DNA from: Octopus vulgaris
Taxonomy: Eukaryota
Length of the DNA: 64,000 bases
Direction of reading: 5' to 3'
Assembly (NCBI GenBank): GCA_951406725.2
Contig: OX597833.1
Coordinates: 65,224,001-65,288,000 of the forward strand
Shown here: positions 43,346 to 58,547 of the stretch, in pieces
How positions within the stretch are numbered: the stretch's first letter is position 1
Layout of the letters: every line of letters begins with the position of its first letter
Program-made: the position numbers and the translations under genes
The notes under the pieces: model-generated
Seen by the model: only the letters and a program-made list of their open reading frames with translations
The model's database searches: none
Told to the model about the DNA's origin: nothing

Positions 43346-44264
43346 TCAAATCAAGGTTTTGTTACTTTTTTTTAATGGGAATATATAAAGGAATTTTCTT
43401 TTTTTTTTTGGTTAAATTGAGGTATTTTTAGAAAAAGAAACAGCCACGTGTGGACGCCGTGCTTACGACTTACGAAATATCAATGTAGTTCCCGTTTTGT
43501 GAAAAAAAAAATCTCTTTGTAGGCGCAGGAATGGTGGTTACCTCTCAGACCCCACTCTGACACCATCATTGACAACCTAGTAATACATTATCGAATGTGC
43601 ACTTTCACGCAAAGAAAAAACAAAATGGTGGTTACAAGTTGAGGAGGATTTCATAGAGCTACAGACCCCGTACAGAGAGGTTTCTTCGTCCAATATTACG
43701 AAATATCAATGAATTCGGAAATTTCTAAGAAATTAATTAAATTTTTATGAACCATTTGCAATAATTCTGAAATTTATATGCAAATTTTAGTAGAAACTTG
43801 TATTAACGTAGGCTTTGATTTAAGTATATAACCATTTGTTTTCTAACTCGTTAATAGTCAAGCCATTTGCGCTAAACATCTGCGGTTTCTATGCCAGAAT
43901 ATTAGATTGTAAATATGTTAAGTACAGCGTCGTGAAAATACTAAAAGATTTTTGTCCCGAGGGAAATTTCAGGCGACGGTTAGGAAGAGAAATCTTAGCT
44001 GAATGCATTGATTACTAGTTTTAAACCGTACCGAGGAAATAAACAATACCTTTTTCATTACCGCCCCTTTTCTTTATTAGAGAAAGTTTAATTAGAGACC
44101 ATCTCTAGGGGGGTCAAATAATTAGTTAATCACTATACCATGTAATTAACTTCATGAAATTTGCATTGTGAAACATTTAATGCGCGCCATATTAATTTCG
44201 GTGTTCTAAGACGGTAAAATTAATGTAAACAAGTTACTAGCTTATTGGTTGGTGGTTGCTATGG

Positions 44265-45050
44265 TGATGATGGCGACAGAGGTGGTGGTGACGGTGGTGG
44301 TGGTGATGGTGTGGCGGTGGTGGTGGCGGTGGTGGTGCCTACCTTGGCTGTTGTACGGATGAAGGTGGGGCTTATAGAAGTGGTGTTGGTAGGTGGGTTC
44401 ATCGTCGTGCTGGTGGTTGTGGTAGTGGTGGTGTTGGTGTTGGTGGTGGTGATGGTGTGGCGGTGGTGGTGGTGATAGTGGTGGTGGTGGCAGTGGTGGT
44501 GGTGGTGGTGGTGGTCTCGGTTACAGTGATTGTTTTGGTTGTGATGGTGGTGGTGTTGGTTGTGGTTGTGGTGGTTGTAGTGTTGGTGTTAGTAGTGTTG
44601 TTGCTGTTATTGTCGTTGGTGGTGGTGGTGATGGTGGTAGTGGTGGGGGTGAGAGCATTAACGATAACGGTAGTAATGGTAGTGTCTATTGCGATGGTAG
44701 TATTTATGGTGGTGGTGGTGGTGTCGGTTACAGTGATTGTTTTGGGTGGGATGGTGTTGATGGTGGTGGTGGTTGTGATGGTGGTTGTGGTTGTGGTGGT
44801 GGTAGTGATGGTGTTTGTGGTGTTGTTGCTGTTGTTGGTTTTGATGGTGGTGGTGGTGGTGGTAGTGGTGGTCAGAGTATTAATGATGATGGTAGTAATG
44901 GTGGTGTCTATTGTGATGGTAGTGTTTTTGGTAGTGGTGGCGGCGGCGGTCCTAACAGTTGTGGTGGTGGCAATGGTGGTGTTGGAGATGCTGATGGTTT
45001 TGGTGGCGGTGGTGGTGGTGGTGGTGGTGGTAGTGACATTGGAGTTGTGG
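44265..45050. repeat. Degenerate (GGT/GTT/GAT)n field with a higher-order duplication of about 210-220 bp
   Basis: TCGGTTACAGTGATTGTTTTGG and GGTAGTAATGGT.GTGTCTATTG each occur twice. Confidence 0.85.
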
Positions 45051-45323
45051 GTGGAAGTAGCGAAGGGGGCAGTGAATGTATGCATGTCTGTGTTAAAGTA
45101 TGTGTTTGTAGTTGTATGTTGTATGTGTCTGTATATATATATGTATATATATATATATATGTGTATGTGTGTGTTTGTGTATGTATGTATGTGTATGTGT
45201 GTGTGTGTGTGTATGTGTGTGTGTGTGTGAGAGTGTGTATTTGTGCGTATGCGGATATGTGAGAATATGTGTGAGTGTGGCAGGAAACGGTTCTGCATTT
45301 CAAGAAAGTAATCAAGTAGATGA

Positions 45324-45472
45324 AGGCGCAGGCGTGGCTGTGTGGTAAGGAGCTTGCTTACTAACTACATTGTTCCAGGTTCAGTCCCACTGCGTGACAC
45401 CTTGGGCAAGTGTCCTCTAATATAGCCTGTGTGTATGTATATATTTACGACGGAAACTGAAAGAAGGCCGTA
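45324..45472 (+). mobile_element. SINE group B, 5' part
   Basis: AGGCGCAGGCGTGGCTGTGTGGTAAG head. Confidence 0.85.
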
Positions 45473-45579
45473 GTAAATATATATATACAGACACACATAC
45501 ACATATACATATATATCCATCGTTAGAATGTTTAAAATGTTACCATGTTAGATAAAAACAATGTCACATTTTAAACTTG

Positions 45580-46330
45580 AGAAAACACCCGCATATTTTT
45601 CAGTTCCATTTACAGATTACATTTGTAATAAGCGAGTTAGTTGATCGATTTATTTTTTCGATATCCCTAGATAATCCAGATTGGAATTTTACTCACAAAA
45701 TCACTTGTACTAATTATTATTGGCATAAATTTGCATGCATTATCTCGATATAAAAGCTGCAGATTTCAAGCAATTATCCGTCGTTATCCCCTTTTTTTTA
45801 TCACTTTCAGAGATATTCACGTCAATAGGACAACTGACCTCCATAACGATTCGTAATTCTTTCTCGAAGGTCCCAAACAACAGTATCCGGCCTTCTATAT
45901 TTAAACTTGACTTGTGTTTTGATGGGAATACTTCACCAGTATCCTTTCTGTATATATTTGTATACGTATACAATAAGAAGATTCTCTTTATTTATTCAAA
46001 GACTGTACTTTTTACCGAATGGTTTTTGTATACTGTTTTTGTGAAAACATCGTGTCGCAGAGGGAGGTAGATTTCTCGATGACATCTTTGGATATCTGTT
46101 AATCAGTGTGATATCTTCGACATGAATATTGAATAACCTAGATTCTCTGTGGCATCTTGGGGGGCTTCAGGCGTTTCAATATCTCTTTTGTTTATTAGAT
46201 ATTTAGCAGCAATCTCCTGTTCTTGGAATTGGAAAATGTATGAATATGTAACTGAATGCGCATTTGCGTTGAGTACAGAGAGAAACACGAAGATAATCAG
46301 ACAGATAGATATCGGAAGATGCATACAGAC
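45580..46330 (-). mobile_element. R4/Dong-like LINE, decayed C-terminal zinc knuckle and restriction-like endonuclease
   Basis: QEQEIAAKYLINKRD, PKMSSR/YLPLRHDVFTKTVY, IVMEVSCPIDVNIS and NLQLLY across frameshifts. Confidence 0.75.
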
Positions 46331-46365
46331 ATGGTAATGCAAATATAGATATGCATATATATATT

Positions 46366-46431
<66 letters not shown>

Positions 46432-46447
46432 AATATATAATTATATA

Positions 46448-46491
<44 letters not shown>

Positions 46492-46508
46492 TATATATAA
46501 TTATATAC

Positions 46509-46556
<48 letters not shown>

Positions 46557-46659
46557 CGTTGCTTTATATCAGCATTGATTATTGAGTATCAATGCAAATG
46601 CGGGATTAAAAACTCGTATTCTCATTGAGTATATCAGGTTAGCTGCGCTTATCTCTCTC

Positions 46660-46690
<31 letters not shown>

Positions 46691-47040
46691 CTCCCCATTT
46701 ATCTGTCTATCCACCGATCCCTATCTCTTATCTTTCCCCCGTTCTTTCTTTCCTTCTCGTTTCCATATTCTCAAACGCTCTATCAATCGAGCGTTCCAAC
46801 TCATTATATATATATATATGTGTGTATGTGTGAGTGTGTGTATACTCGAAGAATGAAAGAAAGAAAGAAGGAATAAAGAAAGAAGGAAAGAGGGAAAGAA
46901 AATCCAATGAAAGCCCTGATATTGAAACTGTTGAAAGCGCTGATTATCCCTCAAGAGGAATGATAGTCCTAAACACCAATGGAATCCTCTAAGAACTAAC
47001 TGATGGATCAATTGAATGCCTGCATAGATACAGTTAAATA

Positions 47041-47108
<68 letters not shown>

Positions 47109-47145
47109 TATGTATATATATATATATATATATACATATATGTAA

Positions 47146-47218
<73 letters not shown>

Positions 47219-47494
47219 TACACACGTGCGTGTGAGGCGTTAATGGACGGCGGTACGATACGTAAATACGGTTATAATGAAAGCATAAAGGCATCCGAAT
47301 ACTTGGCTTTTAAATAACAAGAGGGGATTGTTTATCTTCTGAAACATTAGCTCCATCTACCTCTCACTCGCAACACCTCGCTTCAACGATCATTCTATAT
47401 AGATATGTGTGTGCATGTATGTGTTCACGTGTATGCATTCCTGTGTCTCTGTGTATACGTATGTATCAGTATATGTATGTGCTGTCCATCAAAC

Positions 47495-47529
<35 letters not shown>

Positions 47530-47590
47530 AACGTAAACAAACACACAAATACACACACAGATATATATTAGTGTGTAGGTACGTTTGCAT

Positions 47591-47644
<54 letters not shown>

Positions 47645-47657
47645 ATATATGTATATA

Positions 47658-47712
<55 letters not shown>

Positions 47713-48130
47713 GTATATGTAAATATTTTATAAAATTGTTTAACTTATCTACTCTCCATATATATACGTGTGTGTGTGTAGATATTATATATAGATATGG
47801 ATATGTATGTATATATATATATATATATAATATTTATATGTACATATTTATATCTATGTATATATATTCACACACACATACATATATACATATATGTGTA
47901 TATATGTACATGTATATATAGATATATATGTATATATATATATATATATGTGCGTGTGCGTGTGTATGTCTATATATGTACACACACACACACACGCACA
48001 CATTCATTCTAGATTTCAAAACAACTATGACCAACTTCAAACGAATTTCTGAATATTGAATATTGAATATCGAATATTGCGAAACATGCATGGAATATTT
48101 ACATTTTTATTGATGCTTTATGGACGTTTC

Positions 48131-48185
<55 letters not shown>

Positions 48186-48438
48186 TTACATATATGTATA
48201 TATACATATATATATACAAGTATACATATATATATTTATGTATATATATATATATATGTATAGCCATATATATATTTACATATATATGTATATATATACA
48301 TTTATATTTATTTATATATATATATATATATACATGCATATATACAGACATATTAACACATGTATATAGATGAATCTATTTTTATATATACATCAATGCA
48401 TAGCGATACATGGATATATGTGTGTTTATATAAATGTG

Positions 48439-48478
<40 letters not shown>

Positions 48479-48499
48479 CGTGTGTGCGTGTATACATGC

Positions 48500-48550
<51 letters not shown>

Positions 48551-48586
48551 TGTATATGTGTATGCATATAAACATATCGATGGAGT

Positions 48587-48587
<1 letters not shown>

Positions 48588-48662
<75 letters not shown>

Positions 48663-48663
48663 C

Positions 48664-48750
<87 letters not shown>

Positions 48751-48760
48751 CAGACAGATA
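48588..48760. repeat. (GATA)n microsatellite
   Basis: Seen directly. Confidence 0.95.
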
Positions 48761-49863
48761 GGCATGCATCGTCACATATGCTACTAATACCCTAACAGTT
48801 CTAATCTTCAGCATTCTCTTTATTTCTATGGCAATTTCGATACATTTGCCAAAGTGGGAATTTGCAAAGTGTGTTATGAGAATGTAGCGATATAATTTAA
48901 TAGAATTCAGCTGCCTATTTCACATATCAATATTAGCTTCTTCGTCCGTTTGTTCCTTTATTTTCTTTTTTTAAGCTTGTTGCATTTGTTGTGATTCTCT
49001 TGCTGTTGGCAGACAGAAATCTACGTTAATATTAAAGCTTGATAAAATGGAAGGTGAATTGCAAGCGCGTTAAGGAGGCGTTAGAGCTGTGAAAAACACT
49101 TCTGAAAGCCACTACCAGTAAGTGTCTACGTGCTCTTCCGATCTGGATCTATCAGAAACAGCAGAACGCTGTCCTCAATTAACACACCTTCCAGTTTTAA
49201 GGACGAAAACATTCTATACACATAGACGCATTCTCCCTTTATCTTGTTTCTCCTCATCTTTCCCCTCCCCCTTCTTTACCCCCCTCTCTTCACGGCTAAT
49301 ATATAAAGGAATCGGCCACCATTCATCTCTATTCCAAAACCTGAAGAATCGCGAGAAAAGTAGCAGTGGTTTGCTGTTGCATTTTTGGAGGTTTATCTAC
49401 AGTGTACCCTTGATGTACAGAATGTTTGGCAGAGGAACTGTTCCTTGGGATAATAGCGCATGTCCATATAACAGCGGACCTTTTGGTCACTTGATTAGTG
49501 ACCAGCCCTCCGCTGATTTTGCCGCGGCCTCAGGACCATCCTCGACTATTTCCTCAACTGAGGCCTCAACGGGTATTATTACACTAGGTCAAAGCAAATT
49601 TGTGTGCAGCGGTGGCTAATGGCTAAATTTATACACCTTAAAACTCACGTACTTCCAGCTGGAGCCTCACCATCGTATACAGCTTAATGTCTTACTGCGT
49701 CTAAATACAAGAATATTAAAAGCAACCTGCATTGTCAGGTAAATTCATCTTTGTCATCTCTATGATCAGTCCTGAATGAAGGTTTGCTCAGAACATAACC
49801 ATCACCAGTGACAACAAGAAAAGCAGCGGTCGCAAGCAATTACTGAGAAATCTAGTTTTATGG

Positions 49864-50045
49864 TGTTGTGTCTGGCGAGAGTCATCTTCGTTTTGTGCCT
49901 TATAATGTAACACACTCACCGGTTACCGGTGAGTGTGTTACATTATAAGGCACAAAAAGAAAATGACTCTCGCCAGAAACAACAGAATATGCTTCAACAC
50001 ACGAACTCATATAAAGAATCTTGCAAACCAAATCCAAAAACGAAA
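49864..50045 (+). mobile_element. Short insertion with a 60-bp fold-back 5' end and a 15-bp target-site duplication
   Basis: Arms 49864-49923 and 49925-49984 match at 57 of 60; TAGTTTTATGGTGTT at 49853-49867 and 50046-50060. Confidence 0.8.
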
Positions 50046-50309
50046 TAGTTTTATGGTGTTTAATCTAAAGAATTGACTGTGGATTATAGCGAACCGTTAG
50101 AAAAGTGGGTATAATGCATGACTTTAATTAATTAAACATCGGAGTTTAAATCCTGCCGTGGTCGATTATTTTTATTTGTCTGGAATTTGGGAGAATAATA
50201 GCTTGTGTCGATATAATCGCTTCCTAAACATTACCACTCAAGAAGGCAATCAATAATTCTCATCACCGTTTGATGGATACGTACATTCAAAGACAGACTG
50301 TCACACAGA

Positions 50310-50310
50310 C

Positions 50311-50390
<80 letters not shown>

Positions 50391-50398
50391 TAATAGAT

Positions 50399-50489
<91 letters not shown>

Positions 50490-50490
50490 C
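50310..50490. repeat. (GATA)n microsatellite
   Basis: Seen directly. Confidence 0.95.
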
Positions 50491-51533
50491 AGACATGGCA
50501 ATCTCCGTTTCTTACTTAATATTAATAGAGCGCCGAAAGAACGCCCTTCGGCATTAATGCTGCCTACGTCGCTTATGTCTGACTTCTGTCCTGCCTGCCA
50601 GCTTCTAGCGACACCAGTGACTGGATAGACGCTGTTTCTCTCTATATATCGTTTGAAGTGAGATTTTAGCCCGCACTCCGATATCACGTGATACAGCAGC
50701 TCCACTACCGGTCGTTGGCATTTGTCGACTGCTACCGGTGATCTCTTTATGTCTTTGCACAACGATATCTCTAGGAGTGTCTTTTTGTTTTTAGTCGAAC
50801 CAAACGACCCCAGTACATTTTATCCTGCCTAGTACTGGTACATCTCTCGGTTTCTCTTGCGGAAACGCGAAGCTATCAGGACGTTAACAAACCGACACCG
50901 GATTTCAGGCGGTGGTGAATAAACAGAGACACAAATACACACATATATAGACATATATATAGACAGAGAGAGAGAGAGAGAAGCATATACGAAACGGGAT
51001 TTCAGTCTCTGTCTCCTAATTCCATTCAAAATGCGGGTGGGCAACCCGAGGCTAAAGTAGAATACATTTGCCCAAGGTGCCACATAGTGGCACTCAACGT
51101 GCAACCATGCATTTGGGAGGAGAAATTGTTATCACACTGTCACGTCTGCGCCTATGATGCTGAAGGTATGATGATAACGATAGTCACGTATGATGATGAT
51201 GGTATCTCTCTTATTCCAAGAAAGACGGTTCTGTATTGTTTATGCAGAACAACCTACACAAATCATTCGGTTATAATGATCAAACGCATGTTATGTAAAT
51301 TAACTCACTCTCTCTCTCTATGAAGTTGAAGTTTCCGGATATGTTGCCTGATACGCTGCCTCATCAGATGACCGTTATACCACATGTCACGTGACTAAGT
51401 GATCTCCGAGTAACATCAGATGAAGTATTTTGCTCAAGAACAAAATAGACCACCAGGACCAGGAACGGAAACCACGACAATCGCGATCGAGAATGCAGCA
51501 CCTTGACCAACAGGTTGTGCACCACGTCCGTAC

Positions 51534-51634
<101 letters not shown>

Positions 51635-51690
51635 TGTGTGTGTGTGTCTGTGTCTGTATGTATGTATGTATGTATGTACATATATATATA

Positions 51691-51860
51691 GGGAGAATTC
51701 ACGAAAAAAAACAAAAGCCGAAGACAGGTGGTGTAGAAAACAAATAGATGTATTAGTATAACGCTCAGGAATAAAAAAAGGCTTTTACGTTTCGAGCTTA
51801 CGCTCTTCTACAGAAAGGTACACAGAAAAAAACAAGGAGAGAAACATGGAGAGAAAAAAT
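51691..51860 (-). mobile_element. PLE terminal repeat with hammerhead-like motif
   Basis: CTTT-CTGTAGA-A-GAGC-GTAA-GCTC-GAAA-CG-TA-AAAG at 51782-51817; homologous to 36683-36865. Confidence 0.8.
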
Positions 51861-51924
51861 GATTTGGAGAAAGAAATGTGTGCGTGTGTGTGTCTGTGTG
51901 TATGTGTGCTTCTGTGTGTTTGCA

Positions 51925-52130
51925 TCAGTGTTTGTCCCACCATTGCCACTAGACATCTAGTGTTCGTGTGCTTATGTCGCCGCACCGTAGCGGTTCGACA
52001 TAAAATCATCGATAGAATAAATACGATGCTTTACAAAATGTAAGTCCTGGGACCGCTTTGTTCGACGATGAAAAGACTCTTCAAGATGGTGCCCCAACAT
52101 GGCAGCCACTTGAAAGACATAGAACATAAA
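51925..52130 (+). mobile_element. SINE group B, 3' half (diverged)
   Basis: Homology to 35780-35992. Confidence 0.7.
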
Positions 52131-52190
52131 AGAAAAAAATAATAAATCACACACACACACACACACAGTGACTCACGTACATTTTTTTTT

Positions 52191-52388
52191 CTCTTTTACT
52201 TGTTTCAGTCATTTGACTGCGGCCATGCTGGAGCACCGCCTTTAGTCGAGAAAATCGACCCCGGGACTTATTCTTTGTAAGCCCAGTACTTATTCTATTG
52301 GTCTCTTTTGCCGAACCGCTAAGTGACGGGGACGTAAACACACCAGCATCGGTTGTCAAGCAATGCTAGAGGGACAAACACAGACACA

Positions 52389-52482
<94 letters not shown>

Positions 52483-52648
52483 TACGACAGGCTTCTTTCA
52501 GTTTCCGTCTACCAAATCCACTCACAAGGCTTTGGTCGGCCCGGGGCTATAGCAGAAGACACTTGCCCAAGGTGCCACTCAGTGGGACTGAACCCGGAAC
52601 CATGTGGTTGGTTAGCAAGCTACTTACTACACAGCCACTCCTACACCT
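52191..52648 (-). mobile_element. SINE group B, full length
   Basis: High similarity to 35566-35992 and 61490-61889. Confidence 0.9.
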
Positions 52649-53412
52649 ATATATATATATATATATTCTCTTCATTGATTGCCCGAGTTATCAATTCTAT
52701 AGACTAATCTTCAACACATAATTTTTACACCCGCATAACCTAACGTAGACTTTTTAAACACCAACTGTATATTAAAACTTTATATAAACGAAAACAGGTA
52801 GACTTCTTTTGGGCTGATTGCTTCCTTAGGTAACGTCTTGATATTTTTATTAGGTTCGCAGATATTTCATAAATTTTAACGGTATAGTTGACCACATATA
52901 TCACCACGATATGGCTTGTCTAGTGTGTGAATACGTCTGTACACTAAAGTCACTTTATAGAAAGATTGTTTTATCATATATATATCTCAGCGGTATGTCT
53001 TGTCTCCTGTATGAGAACACGTTTGTAAGTAGTTAAGTCACATCTTACATACAATGTTTTACTCTAGATCTAACGGCAATATGGCTTCTTTCTTATGCGA
53101 AGATACTTGTGTCGAGTTAATCTATATATTTGAGAAAATGATTTACTGCAGACATCAGTGATACGGATTCTCTTCAGTTTTAATAGTTTAGCTAACTTCA
53201 ATACAGGGAATCCATTACTGCAAATACCATAGCGATATGGTATTTCTCCCGTATAAATGCGTTTGTGTGCAATTAAGACCTAACTTACCAAGAATAATTT
53301 ATCACACGCATGTGTGTGAGTGAATGTGTGAATGTGTGAATTATACACCCACTCAATCGCCTACACATATATCTTTAAATGTGTATGCGTTTGTGACTCT
53401 CTGTGTACATGA

Positions 53413-53609
<197 letters not shown>

Positions 53610-54645
53610 TTACGCATGTTTCTGCATATGCGAAATTCAATTGATTTTTGTACTAAACTCGGAGTTTTACAATATGAAAAACTATTATAATTTTCCTGTA
53701 AAATTCTTTTACATTTTTCAGTTTTATATATCCGATGGGAAAACTCGTACAATTAATAACGTTCCAAGTAACACAGAACAAAAAAAAAAAAACGAAAATA
53801 CTACTAATAATAAATAGACAGCGGTTTTGTAGAAGAATTCTTTGTCTTAGGAAAGAAGGCTACACGTTAGTAGAAGTGAAACAAGTCGTAAAATTATAAC
53901 TCCATGTCATAAAAATGAAGATCAGGTCGTTAAGAATTTACGCATATTTTACAAAATGTCTTTCCCGATATTTCGTATCAAATGGGAACATAAATTATAT
54001 TTATCTATCTGTCTATCGATCCATGAAACGATCAAACCGTCTCTGGCGACATTGTTTCTTTCTCTTTCCGTCTATAAATACAGACAAATGAAGAAATTGA
54101 GAGAGTGCATAAATGTATGGATTTAGAGGAAATTTTTATTTCGTTTTATACCATATTTTTGAAGAACAATAAAGCTTTTCGTTACATGTTTCGCAAGGAG
54201 CCAATCACTTTTCTCCAAATTTTATGATGGCGAGGGTGATAAGGACAGCGTTCATGTAGACTCAGGCGGAACAAATAAAAAGCGATATTTTAGTTCGAAA
54301 ACACCGGTTTATTAGATTTCTCGTCCATGTTTACATACTTCACCGTCATACAAACCAGGCAAGTTATATACGCATAACGAAGCATTTACAACAAAACTAT
54401 GTACATATGTATATTTGTATGCATGTATGTTTATATGTATGCATATATATATATCTGTGTATGTGAGTATGTATGGCTATATATACGTATTTATTCATGT
54501 ATGAACATGTATATATGCATATATGTGTGTATGCCCGAACGCATGTATTTATGCATGTATGTACGTATCTATGTAGTTGCGAGTGTGTGTATATGTGCAT
54601 ATATATGTATGTATGTGTGAGTGTATTTGTGTATGTATATATACA

Positions 54646-54682
<37 letters not shown>

Positions 54683-54828
54683 TTATGCATGTATGTACGT
54701 ATCAATGTAGTTGCGGGTGTGTGTATATGTGTATGTGTGCATATGTATGTATGTATGTGTGAGTGTATATGTGTATGTGTGCATATATATGTATGTATGT
54801 GTGAGTGTATTTATGTATGTATATATAC

Positions 54829-54888
<60 letters not shown>

Positions 54889-54891
<3 letters not shown>

Positions 54892-55247
54892 TGCAGGCGT
54901 TGAAGTGTGGTAAGATGATTGCATTCTAACCACATGGTTCCATGTTCAGTCCTACTTGGGCAAGTATCTTTCACTATAACCTCGAGCCGACCAAAACTTT
55001 GTCTCGATTTGGTAGATGGTAACGGCGAGAAGCCCCTCGTGTATATATATATTTATGTGTGAGTGTCTTTGTGTCAGTGTTTGTCCCCTCCACCACCACC
55101 ACCACCATCGCCTGACAACCGATACTGGTGTGTTTATGTCCCGGTAACTTAGCGGTACGGCAAATGAGACTGATAGAATATGTACTAGGCTAACAAAGAG
55201 TAAGTCCTAGGGTCGATTTCTGAGACTAAAACCGGTGCTCCAGCATG
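54889..55247 (+). mobile_element. SINE group B
   Basis: Head through GGTGCTCCAGCATG. Confidence 0.85.
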
Positions 55248-55269
55248 TGTGTGTATTTATGTAAAGGGG

Positions 55270-55670
55270 CAAAAATGAGAATGACGTGGCCACATTATTC
55301 GAATGGCAGATGAACGCATACCGAAACAGCCGTTCAATGGTGAGCTTGCAGAGGAGAAACGCTATCGGCGTAAACCTAAAAAAAGGTTTAACGATAGCGT
55401 AAGGACTACTATGAAGTCACTGGTAATGGTCCCAGAAGATATGGAAACCCTTGCTTCGGATCGAGTTGGATGGCGAACAAAGGTGTGGAGTGGAGTGAAA
55501 GCATTTGAAGAGGCCAAGTTAACACAAGTAATACTCAAAATAGATCTAAGGAAGAATGTAACGATCGACAAGGGGAATGACAATGAGCTTTTTGTGTGCA
55601 CAGTCTGGGACAGACCGTGCCTGTCTTTTGCTGGTCTCATATGTCATCTGCGAACGCAAGGGAAATAAAC
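55270..55670 (+). mobile_element. RTE-clade LINE 3' fragment
   Basis: *RGHIIRMADERIPKQPFNGELAEEKRYRRKPKKRFNDS...ETLASDRVGWR...KAFEE, plus a terminal zinc-finger-like FVCTVWDRPCLSFAGLICHLRT. Confidence 0.85.
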
Positions 55671-56124
55671 CTTTACCAACTATTCTGACGATATGTCTGT
55701 GCACACCTTTGAACGCAGTGTATGCTAGAAGGTTTGCAAATCGAACGGAGGCCTCAAGAGACATTTTAAGATCCACAAAGAGCAGAACTTATCTGCAGTT
55801 GTTGATGATCCAAATCGGAGGTGCAATCTATGGGAGTGTCTTTCAGAACTTTGCCTGGTTTAAAAAGTCACATCAGATGCAATGATTGTGCTAAGGTGTA
55901 GGTACAGGAGGTGGTCAAACTTTGCATAAGGAGTAGACTACCACCGTGTAAATGTAGAACATGCATAAGACATCTCACTGTATCTAGCGAGGCATACCCT
56001 TCTTTATGCATATGCCTGATGTGACAAAAATTGCACAGATTGCACTCAATATCCTACCTATATCGGAAAGGTGCACGATGGGTTGAAACGATCGACGTAC
56101 TGAATAAAGACTAGTGCTAAATCT

Positions 56125-56310
56125 ATATTCAAGCACAAGGCCGGAAATTTGGGGGGAGGGCGCCAGTCGACTAGATCGAACCGAGTACGCAACTGGTACT
56201 TAATTCATCGACCCCGAAAGGATGACAGACGATGTCGATCTCGGCAGCATTTGAACTCAGAACGTAAAGACAGACGAAATGCCGCTAATGATTTCGGCAG
56301 CTCGTTGCCA
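56125..56310 (-). mobile_element. SINE group A
   Basis: Homology to 29425-29655. Confidence 0.8.
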
Positions 56311-56506
56311 TTTTTCATCAATAATTATTAACTCGACTATTAATGAGGAATTCTTGACGTAGATGCAGCGGAAATATACCCTAACATTATATGACACCAG
56401 GTTGCCCAAACTGTGAGCGTTATTTAATCAATACACTAATTGACATATACCCATTAGCCCAAAACATTACACATACACACAAATACAGACACATATACAC
56501 ATATAG

Positions 56507-56559
<53 letters not shown>

Positions 56560-57422
56560 CCGAAATTGCGAAGATGATCCGGTTCTTGGCTGAAGATTGA
56601 AGGCTTCGAATGTCCCGTCCGTGTTTTTTGTGTCGTCTTCTAAATGTTTCACGTTCTTGTCCCAGTTTGTATTTTTTTACTTTTACATTTTTCGGTACCT
56701 TCTATTTTAGTGGAGTGCACTCTACGTTACAAGTATTTAGACTGGGACTTTTCTTTGAAAATACTGTCCTACCTCCTCGTAAAAACAGATGACCACTGCC
56801 TTCTTCCCAAATGAAAAGATAAAAAAAAATCACACGATTCCACTCATTTGGAACAGTTATTCTATCTAAGTATAAATTCTTCAATTCCTGTCAATATATC
56901 AACAAAGGGTGTAAAAACAGCGGTGGGGCCAGACCAGGCTTTGATCATACAAACTCAACCGTAAAAAAATCCCTTGCCAAATCATCACGGCTTATAGAAT
57001 TCAAAGTTCAATAGTGATAATCAGCACAGCATAGTTTCTGTCAGTCTCACAGACAGCTAAATCTTAGTCAAGTTATTTCATTCGTCATCGAAGCTGTCAA
57101 TGTGTTAACCAATCAATACTAATGAAATTTTTTTTTTCTTATTTTCAGCTATAAGTTCAATCAATAGCTACTAATATGCTCTTACTTAATCCGACTATTC
57201 AAGTTCTGCCAATTTCTCCAGAAAGAGCCAACAGACATACACATACGCACGCACACACACACACAGACACGCTCATGAGCGCACAGACGCGCACACGCAC
57301 AGACACACACGCATACAAACACAGATATACACACTCACACATATATATATATACACTATATATATATATGTATATATATATATATGTGTGTGTTTGAGTG
57401 TGTGTGTGTGATTGTGTGTATG

Positions 57423-57454
<32 letters not shown>

Positions 57455-57842
57455 TATACACATACATACGTACAGACACACACGCATAAAAACACAGATA
57501 TATACACAGGCATATATATATATATATATATACACACACATAATATATATATGTTATATATGTTTAGGTATATTGGTATGTATGTATGTATGTGTGTGTA
57601 TGAATTAATGCCACTTCTCTCGAAATATCTATTTCTTCAATATAGCGTTATTAAACACTATACGTGCCGTACGATACATACGTTCACACAAACCAACGCA
57701 TACCTACATAACATCAATAGAGACATACACACATTCCTATCGAAACACAGCCGTACATACACACATACACACATACATCCATAAATGTATGTATATAAAT
57801 ACATAACAAAATATACATATATATATATGTAATATGTATACG

Positions 57843-57883
<41 letters not shown>

Positions 57884-58475
57884 ACGCATATATATACATA
57901 GATATATAGTACACACAGACTCACATACATACGTACCTTGGCGATCTTTATTTTCCTTTGATGTCTTCTGTCCGGCAAATTGTCATGATAAAAACTATTT
58001 TAAGACATATGATTAATGGTATTAATTCAGTATATTACACCGTTGGTATAATTGTAAAAAAATATTGCTATGATAATCAAGAAATCAAAAATCTTTCAAT
58101 ATATATATATGTGTGTGTGTGTGTGGGTATGTATGTATGTATGTATGTGTGTATTTGCACTAGGCAAAGATTTATAAGTTCGCTGCGATACCCTGTAGTT
58201 TCGGTTTCACTTCTACTTCGTTATGCTTTGTGATACGAGTCCATCTCATCAGATACGCGGAAAAGAGTCATGTACAGATGAGTCGAGCATTTATTAAAAA
58301 GAGAAGTTTTGATTGTTACTTTTATTAAGTTATTCAACCCCTCGTATTTGCATACACACTCACACCTACCTCCCCCCCAAACACACACACACTCACACAA
58401 ACCCACATACGCACAAAGACAGGGAAGCAGAAGAAGAAGAAGAAGAAGAAGAAGAAGAAGAAGAAGAAGAAGAAG

Positions 58476-58510
<35 letters not shown>

Positions 58511-58547
58511 GCAGAAGAAGAAGAAACACACACACACACGCGTCTTT

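Noticed and set aside
44399-45298. Thr-rich mucin-like ORF
   Set aside because: Derived from a (GGT)n field; the duplicated units differ by many non-synonymous changes, and the ORF starts in dinucleotide repeats.
50500-50762. DKCQRPVVELLYHVISEC...YIERNSV as a LINE zinc-knuckle remnant
   Set aside because: The resemblance is suggestive but short and lacks flanking motifs; cannot be supported without a search.
53223-53246. 10-bp hairpin AAATACCATA/TATGGTATTT as a Helitron end or terminator
   Set aside because: No downstream CTRR terminus or second copy, and the context is eukaryotic.
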